From Octopus vulgaris (Eukaryota), in contig OX597827.1 in NCBI GenBank assembly GCA_951406725.2, positions 75,082,001 through 75,146,000 of the forward strand: 64,000 nucleotides of DNA, in the 5' to 3' direction. This document shows, one piece after another, positions 12,405 to 26,209 of this stretch. The stretch's first letter is position 1. Every line of letters starts with the position of its first letter. Made by a program: the position numbers and the translations under genes. The notes beneath the pieces are model-generated. The model ran no database searches. It was not told where the DNA came from and was given only the letters and a program-made list of their open reading frames with translations.

Positions 12405-15184
12405 CCCTGGACGGATATTCTCTTCAGAATAGTGTTGAAATTGTTGTTGCTTCGACCACTGTTAGCCTTGATCAGACATCTAAGGTATTCCATCATTCGC
12501 TGTTGGTTTTAAGTGTAAAATATCTTTTTAAGATGGAGAATGCAATTTGAATGGCATTTGGCTGCTATTTTTAACAAATCAATCAATCCTACAAAATTTC
12601 TTTCGTGGTCCTTTGGTGTTGTAGCAGTGTTGGGCTGTGTAACAGATATGTTTGAAGGAGTATGAGAGATTGATATTGCAGTAGTTGTGAAGGCGTTGTG
12701 TATGCAAATGTTTGCTAATGGAGTTATAGAGATTGTAAGGGTTAGATTTTGCTGTACCAACATAATTTGTTCTTCGTTAGCTTTGGAGTGATTTCATTTT
12801 TAGGGCTAACTTAGAATGAGGAATGAAAGTAACATATGATAGTGATGCATATCTGTTATTGGAAGTTATGTGCAGTTTAAGATTAAAAGGAATGGGTAGA
12901 GTTCGGGTCTTTGTGGTAACTATACTGAATTTCTCTTATATTTCATGGCTTAAATATTTTTAAAATCTTTACTCTTATCTAAACATATATTTTGAGTAAC
13001 TACTATACCAATAGTTGCCCCTGTTAAGTACTACTCAACAAAATCGCATATGTCTGCTTATAAACTGTCCGCTCTACAAGTCAGACACTCAGACTTCAGA
13101 AATCTGATCCTTTTCTTCCAAACACTTGGCGGATTAAACTATCTTCTAATCTCTGTCATTAACTCTTTGTTGATTAATCCATTATCTCCAATTTGACAGA
13201 GAAATTAGGAGAGGTATTTTATTTCTTCGGAAACTGACCTTATCTGATGTCTAAATTTACTTTTCTTTACTATATATGAACTTCTCTATTTTACGAATTT
13301 TAATAATCTTGTAATAATACCCAAACTGGGCGTTGCAATACAATGATGTACCTCGAGGTGTAATTAGATGTGCCACGATAATAATACAATATTTTAAAGC
13401 AGAAAAGACAAAATAATGTACTTAATATAAAGTACTTCCTTTATTTACTAGCATTACATGTAAAAAAAAATTGATTGAAGAAGAAATAAGGTATGTTTAT
13501 CTTTAATAAATTCAAACATTGAAATATATTGATAAAAATATCAATATCGCATTTCTCATTCATAACTAAATCCATTTACTTAATAAGGAAGTCAGTACCA
13601 AATAGATCCCTCTGGTTTAATTTGTTTATATTTCCTAGTTGTACAAGTAAGTAACTTGAATCAACTACATCGTGGAACAGCCATTTAATCAAGAGCACAC
13701 AAAACCGTTAAATCTCATAAAATTTGACGTGATGTTAAACATATTGACACACAACTGCGAATTGGTCACTAACTCAGCATTGCAGTGGATCTATGTCAAG
13801 AACCATTTTACAGCTGCGTGACGAAAATTTTGATACCTCATGAAGAAAATTTAGATTTATAATGAATTTAACAGTGTGTTATTTAATGGCTTCACAATAT
13901 AGTTGATTATCTAATCATTTACATTTACATGCTAAAATATATTAATAGATTGTTGTTAAATAAATACATTATTTTACTTTAGTTACTTTGAAGTGTACAG
14001 CAGATGAAAAGACAGAAACTCTACTGATCGGATTCTTAGGATGTTAACTGTCAAACAATTTACCAATCAACAAACAATAAGTTACATAGATTAGAATCTG
14101 GACAACCGGACCACACTGTGTTTCCTTTAATGTGTTTTGGTCATGTCAGTAGCATTTCTACCGACTGAGTCCACCAAGATGGATTTGAGTACACTGAACT
14201 AGGCAAGAATTTTGTAAACTGAATATGGTGTACACAGCCACTACCATAACTTAGAGAAATACAGTTTCGAAGTTAAGAATACAGATTACTCGTTGATGTA
14301 TACATCTCATAAAGGTGTGTTAAGTAGCTGTTTCTGTTTCGATTCTGTTTGAAAATTTAATTAAATATAACTAGATTTAATACATGCACATCATCATTTT
14401 AAACTTTGTGGATCCTATCTCCCACTAAGAGCCGATTTTTTCAAGAAGGAAAAAAATATTGGATTAGTTCTATATACTTGATGCCAAAAGGATGAAAGGA
14501 AAAATTGACATCAGTGGTATTTGAAATCACTGTACAAATATTCTTAAGAAATACTGCAAGGTACTCTATTCGATGTTTTAACACCTCTGCCTATTCTGCG
14601 TCTATTGGCATTCATTATATTGGGAAAGTCATTTTTTATGTCAGGAATGTAATGCAATGAAATTACCTGTAAAGTATATTACTGACACTAAATTTATCTT
14701 GTGGATTTCAACTCAAAGCCTGCAAACAAAAGTGAACTCAGTAATTTTTTTATCTGGTTGTTCTACTTTATCAACCATCGATTTTTGATTGAAATATACG
14801 AATATGTTGATTTCTTTTTGTTTCCTTTTGATGAGACATAGAAAAAAGATACTAAATTGAAAGAATTGTTGCAGTGTATTGCAAAATCCTTGCAGTATTT
14901 AGCTTTGGCCATTTACGTCTGAAGTTCAAATTCTGTTGACATTAACTCCACTTTCCATCCTTCCAGAATTAATAATATTAAAAAAAATTTACCAATACTG
15001 GAATTGGTTTAATCGACTGATATTGATATCTCCCAAATTTTTCGAAGTATGAAACCTACGGCTGAAAATGAATCTTTAATGTCTTCATAGACATGTTTGC
15101 ACTTTAAGATTGAGTGAGAATATAAATTCCAACAGCTATAGTATTCTTGTAAGAAAAAAAACAGGTATTATTAACTTTGAAACA

Positions 15185-16468
15185 TACAAGGGACGTTCAA
15201 TAAGTAATGCCTCTGACCCACTTGCAGTTGTTTGATCTAGCTGAAATTTTGCATGTGCAATCATTTATATCTCTATAGAGTGAGTGGCAAATTACAGCTC
15301 TGAATTAATTGTGGTTTCTGATTTACAGGTGTTTGAACCGAGTCAAGTGTGAAATGGAGCCTGTTGAGTGTCAAGCAGTGATCCGGTTTTTGTATTTGAA
15401 AGGACGCACACCACGGGAGACTTTTGATGAAATGAAAGTAACTTATGGTAATGATGCCCCATCATATGACCTTGTAAAACGCTGGCATCGTGAATTCAAA
15501 CATGGTCATAACTCTGTGGAAACAGCTCCCAGATCTGGTCGCCCCCTTCTGCCATTTATGAGGCATCTGTCCGTCAAGTTGAGGCTGCCATTTTGGAAGA
15601 TCGACGCATAATTATTCGCCAAATAGCCCATGAGGTCAAAATTAGTACCGGGTCTGTGGAAACTATCATTCATGACCATTTGCATATGCAAAAGGTGTCT
15701 GCCAGATGGATTCCCATGTTGCTCACACCTTTCCAGAAGCAAGAACGCGTCGAGTGCTCGAGGGTGAATTTGGAGATGTGCCAAGAAGATGAGTCAATAT
15801 TTTTCAAAAGACTGATTACACAGGATGAAACCTGGGTCCATCACGATGATCCAGGGACCAAAGCCCAGTCAATGCAGTGAAAGCACCGTGACTCACCCCC
15901 TCCAAAGTAGGCAAGGGTGCAGCCCTCCGCTGGCAAGGTCATGCTCACAGTCTTCTGGGACCTGGACATAGTAGTGATGACAGATTTCCTGGCAAAGGGT
16001 ACCACAATTGCAGGAGCCTATTATGCTTCACTTTTGAGGAAATTAAGAGAAGTTATCAAAATCAAGAGGCGGGGCAAGATCAGCAAAGGCATCCTCCTCC
16101 TGCAGGACAACGCTCCGGTCCACAACTCGCTTGTCGCCAGATCAGAAGCACAGGCATATGGCTATGAACTCCTCCCCATCCCCCCTGCTTTCCTGACCTT
16201 GCACCTCTGATTTTCACCTCTTCCCAATCATGAAGTTGTTTTTGAAAGGAAAGCGTTTCCCAGATGATGCAGCTTTGATTTCTGAAGTCACGTTGAGGTT
16301 GGAGGACCAAGCTGGGTTCTTCTACAAAAACGGTCTCCAGAGCCGCATCAAACGATGGGAGAAATGCGTAACTCTGGGTAGTTCCTATGTAGAAAAAGAC
16401 TAATAACTGTGCCAAGTTTCGTTGCTCTACTGCTATGGGAAGTGGGTCAGGGGCATTACTTATTGAAC
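15185..16468 (+). mobile_element. Near full-length mariner (Tc1/mariner, DD34D) with inactivated transposase
   Basis: TIRs gttcaataagtaatgcctctgacccactt / aagtgggtcaggggcattacttattgaac; motifs ARWIP, ITQDETWVHH, LLQDNAPVH, PDLAPSDFHLF; frameshifts and stops. Confidence 0.93.
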
Positions 16469-16490
16469 AAAATGTTAACAAAATGTTAAC

Positions 16491-16570
16491 GTAGTAGTAG
16501 TAGTAGTAGTAGTAGTGGCAGTAGCAACAGTAGCAGCAGTAGCAACAGCAGCAGCAGCAGCAACAGCAGG
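16491..16570. repeat. (GTA)n/(GCA)n microsatellite
   Basis: Direct reading. Confidence 0.9.
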
Positions 16571-16788
16571 AGGAATTCAAAAACTGGTGGAAGATACAGG
16601 GTAATTTATCCTCAGAACAGAGACGATCCGGAATGCGACAGAGTGGTTTCTTCTAAAGGCAGCCAAGGGGTAGGTCATGATGTTAAATAGGTAGAAAGAC
16701 TACGTTTACAACTCATTCAGTTGACAATATAGAATAAACAAGTAAAAAGAAAAGTAATTTAATTTGGTTTTCTATAATGATCACTTAC

Positions 16789-16935
16789 CTTTGCAACCCC
16801 CTTTATCGCTGTCCCATGAATAACCGTCAAGACAATCTATTGTACAGCGGCCATCGAAATCATTACAGTCATGATTTATGCAAGGAATGGAGCATTGCTT
16901 TGTACACATTCTTCCGTGGTATCCATGTTTGCATT
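16789..16935 (-). CDS. Exon of EGF-repeat/F-type lectin gene: EGF-like module
   Basis: tttttcag acceptor, gtaagt donor, 147 nt, phase 1-1; CKHGYHGRMCTKQCSIPCINHDCNDFDGRCTIDCLDGYSWDSDKGGCK. Confidence 0.93.
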
Positions 16936-17086
16936 CTGAAAAAGACACATCGATTATGTGCGCGTATGCGTGTGCGTGTGTGTGTGTGCTTGTGTGTGTG
17001 TCTGTTTGTGTCTGTGTGCATAGTATCATATATATTCCCATACACACGAGTACACGTACATATGCATACAAATAAACTTAGATACA

Positions 17087-18343
17087 TACGAGGGTCTGCT
17101 GAAAAGTTCATAGGCTCACTAGGATACTCTCATGGAAGGTGACCAAATATGGTTTATTTTTCAACTTACAGTGCATACACTTCTTCCATCAATATTTCAG
17201 TGCTTGGACCCCATTAGTGAAGAAGATTTCATCCTGTTGCTCAAAAAAGTCATCAACAGCAGATATGACGCCAACATCACAGCAATACTGCTTCCTAGCC
17301 AATTGTTTTTTTTTTATGTTAACGAACAGGTGATAGCCAGATGGGATCAACCAGTTGAAAACCATAGTTATGCACAGCAGCCATTGAAACCAAGGACTTG
17401 CATGCTATAACATTGTCCTAATGAAACAAAACCTCTTTCGTCAGTTTTCCTAGGTATTTGGCCTTGATATACTTTCGTAATTGTCTCAGTATGCTGGCAT
17501 AGTACTTTTCATTGATGGTATGGCCCTTTTGAAGATAGTCAATTAGCGTAATGCCTTTTGCATCCCAAAAAACCGAGATCATCTTCTTCCCTTCAGATGA
17601 AACGAACTTGGCTTTTTTAAAAGAGTTGAGAAGGAACGTTTCCACTATATGGATTGTTTGTTTTTTTTGGGGGGTGGGGAGTTGCCTCTGGCTCAAAGTG
17701 ATGACGCCAGCACTAATCTTAGCTTAGGAAACGTTCAAGGATCTAACTCAAACAATGTCAGATTTTGCCGTGATGTGATCAGCCTGCTACGCTTTTGATC
17801 AGGTATCAGAACACATATCAACGGCAGAGCAGAAACCTTCATCATGCCAAGTTCATTGTGTAGAATATCCTCAACTTTTTCACAGGATATGCTAATAGCA
17901 TTGGCTATTTGATTTATAGTCCATTGCTTTTTCTCCATCACTATGTGGTGACCGCGATCAATATTTTCCTTGGCGGTGGCAGTTGCAGGACCTCCAGAGC
18001 TTGGGTCATCTTTAAGATCCTCCCTTCTCCTAAATTTAGATGCCTACATTTGCACTGTTGATAAAGCTGGAGCATCGCCATAATTTAGCAACCATGTCAG
18101 CCTGAATTCCCTTGTGGACTAAATGCATTTTTCTATAGTATCTGACAACACTACTATGTCAAAGTTTTCCATTTTCAAGAGAAGTCGTTACTATTTACTA
18201 TTGAAGTCTTCTTTGAACAGTCATACATCAGTTTACTTGGAAAAACAATGCAGTTATTAATACAAACGTTGAAATTAATGCATGCATGATTTCACAGCTC
18301 TAGCATCACTCTTTCATAGTCAGTCTATGAACTTTTCAGCCCA
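17087..18343 (-). mobile_element. Degenerate mariner element
   Basis: TIRs gctgaaaagttcataggct / agtctatgaacttttcagc; fragments GKKMISVFWDAKGITLIDYL...TINEKYY and ILHNELGMMKVSA. Confidence 0.85.
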
Positions 18344-19089
18344 CAAGTTGAACTTATCTCTCAATATACTTAATGCCCTGAGCATATTATATATAACTCT
18401 CATGATTTGTTTGGGCCTTATGATAATTGTATTAGTCATATATAAGCACATATACATATGATCCTATACATACAGAACACGTCTGTGCAGTATTTGTTTG
18501 ATAGTGGTACTGGAATTTGTTCATGAAATCGGCATTGCAGTCACTGATATATTCCAGCTTTAATATATTTGAAATCAAGAATTAACGCAGGTTATGGTGG
18601 TGTCAATAAGAAACTCGTTTTCAAATCCCATGGGTTCGAACTCGAAACCATCGTGAGATGCCTAAAGCAAGTGCTTTCTACCATAGATTCGCGTCAACCA
18701 TCATCTTCTGGGTGAAATTTGGTAGACGAAAACTGTACAACACCCATCGAGAGAGAGAGAGAGAGAGTGTGTGTGTGTGTTGTAAATATAAGGCGTGAAT
18801 AAAAATGGGTGAGTATTAATTTTCGATAAATGTTCAAATTGCTCGATCAATATTTCCTATTTATATATTTAGCGTTTGGATGACACCTACACGTACTCTT
18901 TTCTTAATTATTAGAAATAGCGTGACGAATGTACGTTTCCCTTTGTACATAAATGAAAACAGTAAACGAAGATGATAAAACGGGAAATAATCTCCCTTTC
19001 TTGACTATGTTACTGGCATATCTTTGTCACTTACACTGCCATAAATGGAGGGGTGCGAGGGAAAGCTGCAACACAGTGGTACAGTGAGA

Positions 19090-20070
19090 GATTAGGTTAG
19101 AAAAAATTCCTGTCGCGTTTCCAAATGGAAATAAATGCTTCTTTGCTCTTGATATAATTTACCAAGATAATATTTACCCTTATTACTGATAATATAATCC
19201 CATATATTGGCAAATTGTCGATCTCTTGGGCATAAATCCCTTCAGGTTTCAAAGCAAAGAAACATTCAATATTATTTTCAACCTCTCTGGAATTAATAAA
19301 CAATTTCCCTCAATTTCCTTCTAATTCATGTTGCAATGATCTGAAACGATGATAGACATGCGGAACAAAGTCAGTAAAGTAAGGAGGATGGGGCAAAACT
19401 TCCATATTTAGAGCCATAATCTTTTCCCATGTGACTTGGGTAATGTGTGGTCTTGCATTTATCGTGCAAGAGCAACGCCTCTTCATGATAGACCAATTAT
19501 GAGTGCTTTTCTACAAATTTTTTGCAACGCTTTCCAGTTGGTGACAATACTTCGCATTTCGTTTTGGACAACACCCTTCATATCCCACTCTACCCACCAG
19601 ATTATTTCAGGTGTACTTTGCCTTGGGGATGGATTTTCCTTTTTTCATTGGGTGCTAACTATGGTCGTCTTTTTTGGCTATAATTATAGAGAAACTATCA
19701 CTAGTGATAATTATATCCAATAGAGGCTTAGTAGCAAGTTTACTCATCAATGACAAGAAGAAGGCAACACTTGAAGTTGAGAAGCAGTCAAATGGTGTGT
19801 GACACGCTGAACAAGTTTAGACAGTTTTCTAACTTCATGAAGATGTTTTATAATTGATTTGAACTGATTTGTTAATTCGTGTTCAGTTTCCTTTGAAGTT
19901 TCCTCAAGTACCCTTTTCAGAAACTCAATATCAACAGATCTTTATCATCCAGATCGAAAATAATCTGCAAAACAAAAATTTTCCAAGCGATGGACAAACC
20001 ATCTTTGGCATGTCTTGACATTTAAAACTTCATTTTCAAGACAGAGTGAGTATTTCTTCAGAGGCTCTAC
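19090..20070 (-). mobile_element. Very degenerate mariner transposase remnant
   Basis: Minus-strand fragments LLLHD/ARPH, LPHPPY and FFALKPEGIYAQEIDNLP. Confidence 0.65.
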
Positions 20071-22759
20071 AGCAATGAAAGCAACGAGAGATAGTGCCAC
20101 TTATATTGCTGAAGAGCCTCTTCTAAATTCATACAGCATGCAGTGTCTGATATGGGTCCGATCTAAACTCATTTTAAAAGGTAAAATCGACATAATTTCA
20201 CCATTATGGTATAAAGCAGTCTGCAATGAAAGAAAAGGACAATATGAAATTTATGCTTATTTTACAGCAGGTATTGAAAACATATCCTCAAAGTGATCAT
20301 ATCAAAAATGAGACAGGTCTTTCATTCCTGCCTGCTACAAAAATAAGTAGGCCGACATAAAAGCTTTTGACAGTATCTACTTAAAAGAATTTCTCGGTCG
20401 TCCCTAATAGTGAGATATATATATATCATAAACATTTCTCCAGACGCGTAGTAGATGAGGCGTGAACTACCCCAATGCGCGTTAAAAGAAAATAAATTTT
20501 CTATAAACTGAATACGACTGAAACGAAATAATGCTCTTTTTCTGTACAAACTAAAGTTTCTATGACAGTATCTAATCTCTTTTCCACATACACCATCCTA
20601 CTTTCAGATATTTTAATCAAGTACAGTCTCATATTATGGACTGTCACGTCAGGCAGCGACAAAATTATAGAAGAAAATATTATTTTCCTTAATATTTATC
20701 TAAACAAAAGAAGTCTGAATTCGGAGAATCGTTTTCGTAAGTTAATGTGAAGTATACGGTTTAAAGGTCACATATAGCCAAATCGATAGAATGTTGTATA
20801 TCTACTTTTCCAGCTTTTTAACTATCGCCCTTTTATTTTGTTCACACTTTTTGAACGCCTATTCTTGCTATGATTCAACGGCCCTTCCATATTTAATGAA
20901 CATACTAGTTTATTGCGACTGAGTACTTATACAGCACAAACTGGCTAGGATCGAATATTTGAGACATACCCGCTTAACGTTTAGTTATTAGCCCAACCTT
21001 TTAACACGTGGTTTCGGCCAGACTCAGGTACATATTCATTGTGATTCGTATATATCCCCGAAGAAATTATCTGTATATTCCGATTTATAGTTATATTTTG
21101 TAAATGTCCACAAACATATATATTGATTTTTCTGATTCCATGCGACTTTGCATATATCCGTTTATACATGTAATTAGATTACGAGATTAACAGATAAAAT
21201 TCATAACTGGAATGAAGAACGTCCAAGTTTTTACATTTGCAAATCTATGCAAGTTAGGACGTTACCTAACGCTAGAAGTGCAATGGCAGATTCTATTTCA
21301 TGTATGAAAATGCACAGAAAATTTGACAATGTTTAATATTACGCTTTAGTTTATTGTTTATAGTTTGCATGCATGGGTGAAATGTTTGGTTTGTTTATTC
21401 AGATTTCGAAATCTATTATTGTAGATGTTATTGTTATTGTTGTGATTGTGGCAGACAAGCAACTTATCATAAGAGCACATTAATTTTGTTTAAAAAAAAG
21501 TTAATAATCAAGCAGACAAAAACGATAAATATTGTACAGGCGCACCTATTGCCTTCCTACCATCCCGCTTCGTCCCCGGTACACATAAAACTCCCTCTCC
21601 TCTAGGAGGGACATGGTATTGCCCACTAAGAAGCAGTACAGTATATTAACTAAATATGGCATTTCGTAACATGTGAAGAGTACTTTTGTTTGTTACCCAC
21701 AAGGAGTGTTTTAATCCCTGTAATTCTGTTCACAGAGCTCTGAGAAGAAGCTTTTTCGTATGTATAACTCTGTAACATTGACGAATGTTTCATTTGCTAG
21801 CTCATTTCAAATTCATCCAGGTTTTTAAAATCTTAAACCATCCTAAAGCTGTAATTAATTCAAATATTAGTAATGTTTCCCATAGAATTATCTGCAAATG
21901 AAGCAATTTTCAATAAGTATCCTAATTATTAAAACATGTTATTGCAGAAATAGGTATAATAAGTAAATCCATAATATCCCAGATGAAGATATTCTTTCCA
22001 TGAAAACTAGTATAGTAAGTGGTTTACATCATAACTAAACCTCGTCATTGTAATAAAATTAGGAATAGGCTAAACAATAAAATACTTTTAAAATTAAATC
22101 TCTCGATATAGCTAACAAACAATTGCTACTTTGTAAAAATTTACAATATTAACATTAACAGACCTGCATTTAGCAATATTAACCCTAAAGTTCAAATAAG
22201 CCAGTTGATTCTACTCATATGTGCTATAAGAATAAGCACGAAACCCACACATTTGATAGAATTAAACTTGATCATAACACATACAATATAGTGTCCTCAG
22301 ACGATACACGGCTGATATCTCCAAATGAATATAACAATTTTAACCTTTATTTTAATAATATTAAATTAATCAGATTTAGGAAAAATACAAATTGATTATG
22401 TAAGAGAGAAACTAAATCGTATAATCCCCCTTATGCAATAAATTTAATGCATTAGAAAAAAGTTTCCATCCTTCTAACAGACTTAGGAAAACTTTCAATC
22501 GACACACTGTAATACTTTTTCTATTCGACTCTTTCAAATCTAATTGATAATATCACTGCTATTAATTATAAGCAACTACATAGAACCTGTTTCTATATAA
22601 AATAGGTAAATTTAATCGTGCCGGCGCTAAACTTAAACCACGTACAAACAGTTCAAGCTTACCTAATACGAGTAATAATGAGAACATCGAAACTTCAAAA
22701 ATCTCCAGTGTAAGCTCCTTAGGTTGTAATTTCTCTGTTAATAAGCAGAGAAATAGAGT

Positions 22760-23700
22760 CTAGTTGTGCCGATCAACGGCACAGCAGTACGCCATGTCCC
22801 CACTGAAAGACCACTTCAGTGACTTCAAGAACAACATCTAGTGCTGTACCAAACTGATTTGCAACGTTAGTTTTGACAACGCCGGCGACATGCCAGACTG
22901 CCTACTAGATTCGGTGGCTCTGGTCTCCATCTGCAGTGGACCTGCTTCTACCGGCCTGTCTTTCCTCGGTCTCCTTCAGCCGCACCCTCACTGGCGAGAT
23001 ACTCCACAAGTTAGCCAAACCTGATGTGGCCAAAGTACTGGAATCAGCCCTAGCCGATTTGACAGCTGATGGGTCCACCGTCTCCCAGAATATGGCGTCC
23101 AGCGCAGTTGGGACGAATTTAGATCCAACTCCACTCACTAGTGGCTGGAGACGTCACTAGACCAGTACCACCTTGCCAGCCTCCGCTCCGCATCGCAGAC
23201 AAATAGCAGCGCATGGTTTAATTCGGTGCCCTCCGCATCTACCAGCACATTTCTAGATGATGAGTGCACCCGTATCGGAGTGACCCAACTCTTCGATCAA
23301 TCTCCGTGTGCGCGAGCCGCAAAAATTTGGCCTGCATTCTTTATCCTGCTGCCTTAACTCAGGTCGATTCCCCCGACACTGCTCTGAATGACATAATCAG
23401 AATGGGGCATTGACTTGGCTGGTTTACCGTCTGAATTTGAACCAGCAATCGTCCCTCTTCGTTTCGAAAGGGACAGGTCTCTGGGACACAACATACAAAG
23501 ACACGTTCTCCAGCTCTAACCTCGTAAACCCTGATGTCGCCGCCCATAACACCGTGGAGAGAAAAATCAATGAATACAGAAGCACCTCACTTGCGAGACG
23601 TTATGAGCTGTTCAGCTTGTCTCTGGTTCGGTTCGATTGCGTGAGGTTGATAAGCCTCAAAAATATCGAAACATCAATGACCACCGCTCCAGAATGAGAT
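22760..23700 (+). mobile_element. Degenerate CRE-clade-like non-LTR retrotransposon, C-terminal part
   Basis: GC-richer island; translated fragments AWFNSVPSASTSTFLDD and LWDTTYKDTF...AAHNTVERKINEY resemble the CRE-type post-RT/RLE region. Confidence 0.6.
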
Positions 23701-23938
23701 TCAGACTGCGTTGTTTTGCCTGTGTCTGACTATGACGTTCAGGTATTGTATCACCCGGCACTTTGAGAGAGTCATCTCCAACGCGTCAACTCGCAGCCGA
23801 CCTGATAACAAATATAGCACATACACTGAATATGTGTGTTCGATAATGTTAACAACAGTTGCTGATTCTGATTTATATTTGAACAGGCAGGCAGGCAGGC
23901 TGGCAGGCAGACAGATAGACAGACAGGCAGACAGACAA

Positions 23939-23970
<32 letters not shown>

Positions 23971-24198
23971 GCATGTATGTATGTATGTGTCTGTGTCAGT
24001 CTTAGAGTCATCTCCGAAAGTCTGTTTCATGCGTGTTTTTCTACAATAGAGGGTTTCTTTAAAATAAAAACTGGAGTCAAGATAGCCCACCAAAAATCCT
24101 ATGAAGACGGTGCAAAATCGAAGAAAAACAAAGAATGATCTCAGTTTCAAAATATTCATCAATTAGTTGAAGGATCAAACTAATAAAACTTCACTTAC

Positions 24199-24393
24199 TT
24201 ATTATTTCAACTTCACACAATGAAAGTGTGCCTTTGGGAACTTCGATTTTGAGAATGTCTCCCGGAAATGGTTTTTCAAATAGAATGTGGATGATATCTT
24301 TAGTGTGTTCAGTAGAAGAACTTTGATGGGCTGTAACAAAAGAACCATTAGTTCCTGAATTCACGAGAACACGAAAATCCATAAATCGCGATT
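24199..24393 (-). CDS. Exon of EGF-repeat/F-type lectin gene: C-terminal half of FTP domain
   Basis: atcaacag acceptor, gtaagt donor, 195 nt, phase 1-1; KSRFMDFRVLV...GDILKIEVPKGTLSLCEVEII with the F-type lectin terminal LSLCEVE motif. Confidence 0.92.
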
Positions 24394-24510
24394 CTGTTGA
24401 TAAATAGAAAATAAAAGTTGAAAGAAAACTTTTGCCTACTCAATATATGAAACATATACATAATGCATATAGGTAGATAAATAGATAGATAGATAGATAT
24501 GTATACATAT

Positions 24511-24553
<43 letters not shown>

Positions 24554-24564
24554 AGAGATGAGGG

Positions 24565-24782
24565 ATTATGTACATTATTTACATTTGATAGATATTGTCC
24601 TCATCTTGTTTGCTGTTAACAAAACGTTTCGGCTGATATACCCTCCAGCCTTCATCAGGTGTCTTGGGCAAACTTCGAACCTGGGTTCTCATTCATTAGG
24701 TATTTTTCGATGTTGTTGCTATTATTGTCCCTTTATGTTTCTAATCATGTGTGTCAGCCCTTGTGGCCAATAAAAAGAATAA

Positions 24783-24825
<43 letters not shown>

Positions 24826-24871
24826 TCACTGCCTGGAATCGAAAAATAGTAGTAGTGGCAGCAGCAGCATC

Positions 24872-24911
<40 letters not shown>

Positions 24912-25079
24912 ATATTAATAATAATAATAACATCGAAAAATACCTTAGGAATGAGAACCCAGGTTCGAAATTTCCACAAGACACCTAATGAAAGCTGGAG
25001 GGTATATTAGTCGAAACATTGTGTTAAAAACAAACAAGATGAGGACAAATATCCGTCAAATGTAAATAATGTACATAAT
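24565..25079. repeat. Inverted repeat (~150 bp arms, 24565-24716 / ~24925-25079), Penelope-like, with hammerhead-like core
   Basis: Arms are reverse complements around a microsatellite spacer; minus strand of left arm reads GACAC-CTGATGA-AGGCTG...CAGCC-GAAAC-GTT. Confidence 0.8.
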
Positions 25080-25374
25080 GTAAATAATATATATACATAT
25101 ATATACATCCACATATATATATATACATATATTTATATACATACATACATATATATACATATATATACACATACATATATATGTATGTATATATGTGTGT
25201 GTACGTCTGTATATGTGTATGTATGTATTACATTAAACTGAAGGATTACTCAATGCTTTTTGCATATACTTTCAAGAAGAATGGTTACTGTGACATCAAT
25301 GATCAGACTACTGACATGCAGGAGTGTACACACGCACACACACACACATATACACACATACATACATACATATA

Positions 25375-26169
25375 TCTCTATATTATAAATCTGAAATGCG
25401 AAAAGTTTGTTTGGCATTGAGAATGGGTTAAAGGCCACTAGATCCCGTCGGGTTGACTCCAAAATTTACAGGGACATGTAAAATGAGGTGAGGATGCGAG
25501 TAGGCTAGGCTAGAAATCCCTATCTTAAAAGGTGTCGTTGCTAGGGCCAAAAACGCACTTTGACAAGTCTACTCTCATTCTTTTATGTATCTGTCTTCTC
25601 CATCACTCAATCTCTTTTCTCCCTTCCCTTTCTCTCTATAACGTCGTTTCACAGCATCCTATATCCCTTCCTTTCACTTTCTCTCTATAACGTTATAGAG
25701 AGAAAGTGAAAGGAAGGGAGAAAGTAATAATGAGTGAATGAGAATAACGACGAGGGTTTAAAAAGCATAAAAATATTTTCTTTCTCAACTTACTCACGAC
25801 CTTTTGTTGTTTATAAATGGAAGAGAGATAGATAGAGAGTAAGAGAAAGCGAGGGAATGTTTACTATCTTGCCCCCGCCGCCTTCACCAGCGCTGTCACA
25901 CACTCTCTCTCTCTCTATGTCTGTCTGCCTTCATAGAGAGAATTATCATCGCCACCACCACCACACAATCATGAGAACAAATATATATTATGAATCAGAT
26001 ATTTATTGGGTTAATTTATATATGTGTTTGTGTGTGTGTTCTATATATAAATATGTATATATAATGTAGATATACAAAGTGTATATATCTGTATTTATAT
26101 ATATATATATATATACAATTTGTATACATTTATATATATAATGCGAACACAATCGCACACACACACATG

Positions 26170-26209
<40 letters not shown>

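Noticed and set aside
11980-13330. Possible decayed Penelope or other retroelement coding sequence
   Set aside because: No diagnostic motif could be read with confidence.
20995-21030. Minus-strand CTGAGTC...CCGAAAC
   Set aside because: The core is not CUGAnGA and there is no stem II.
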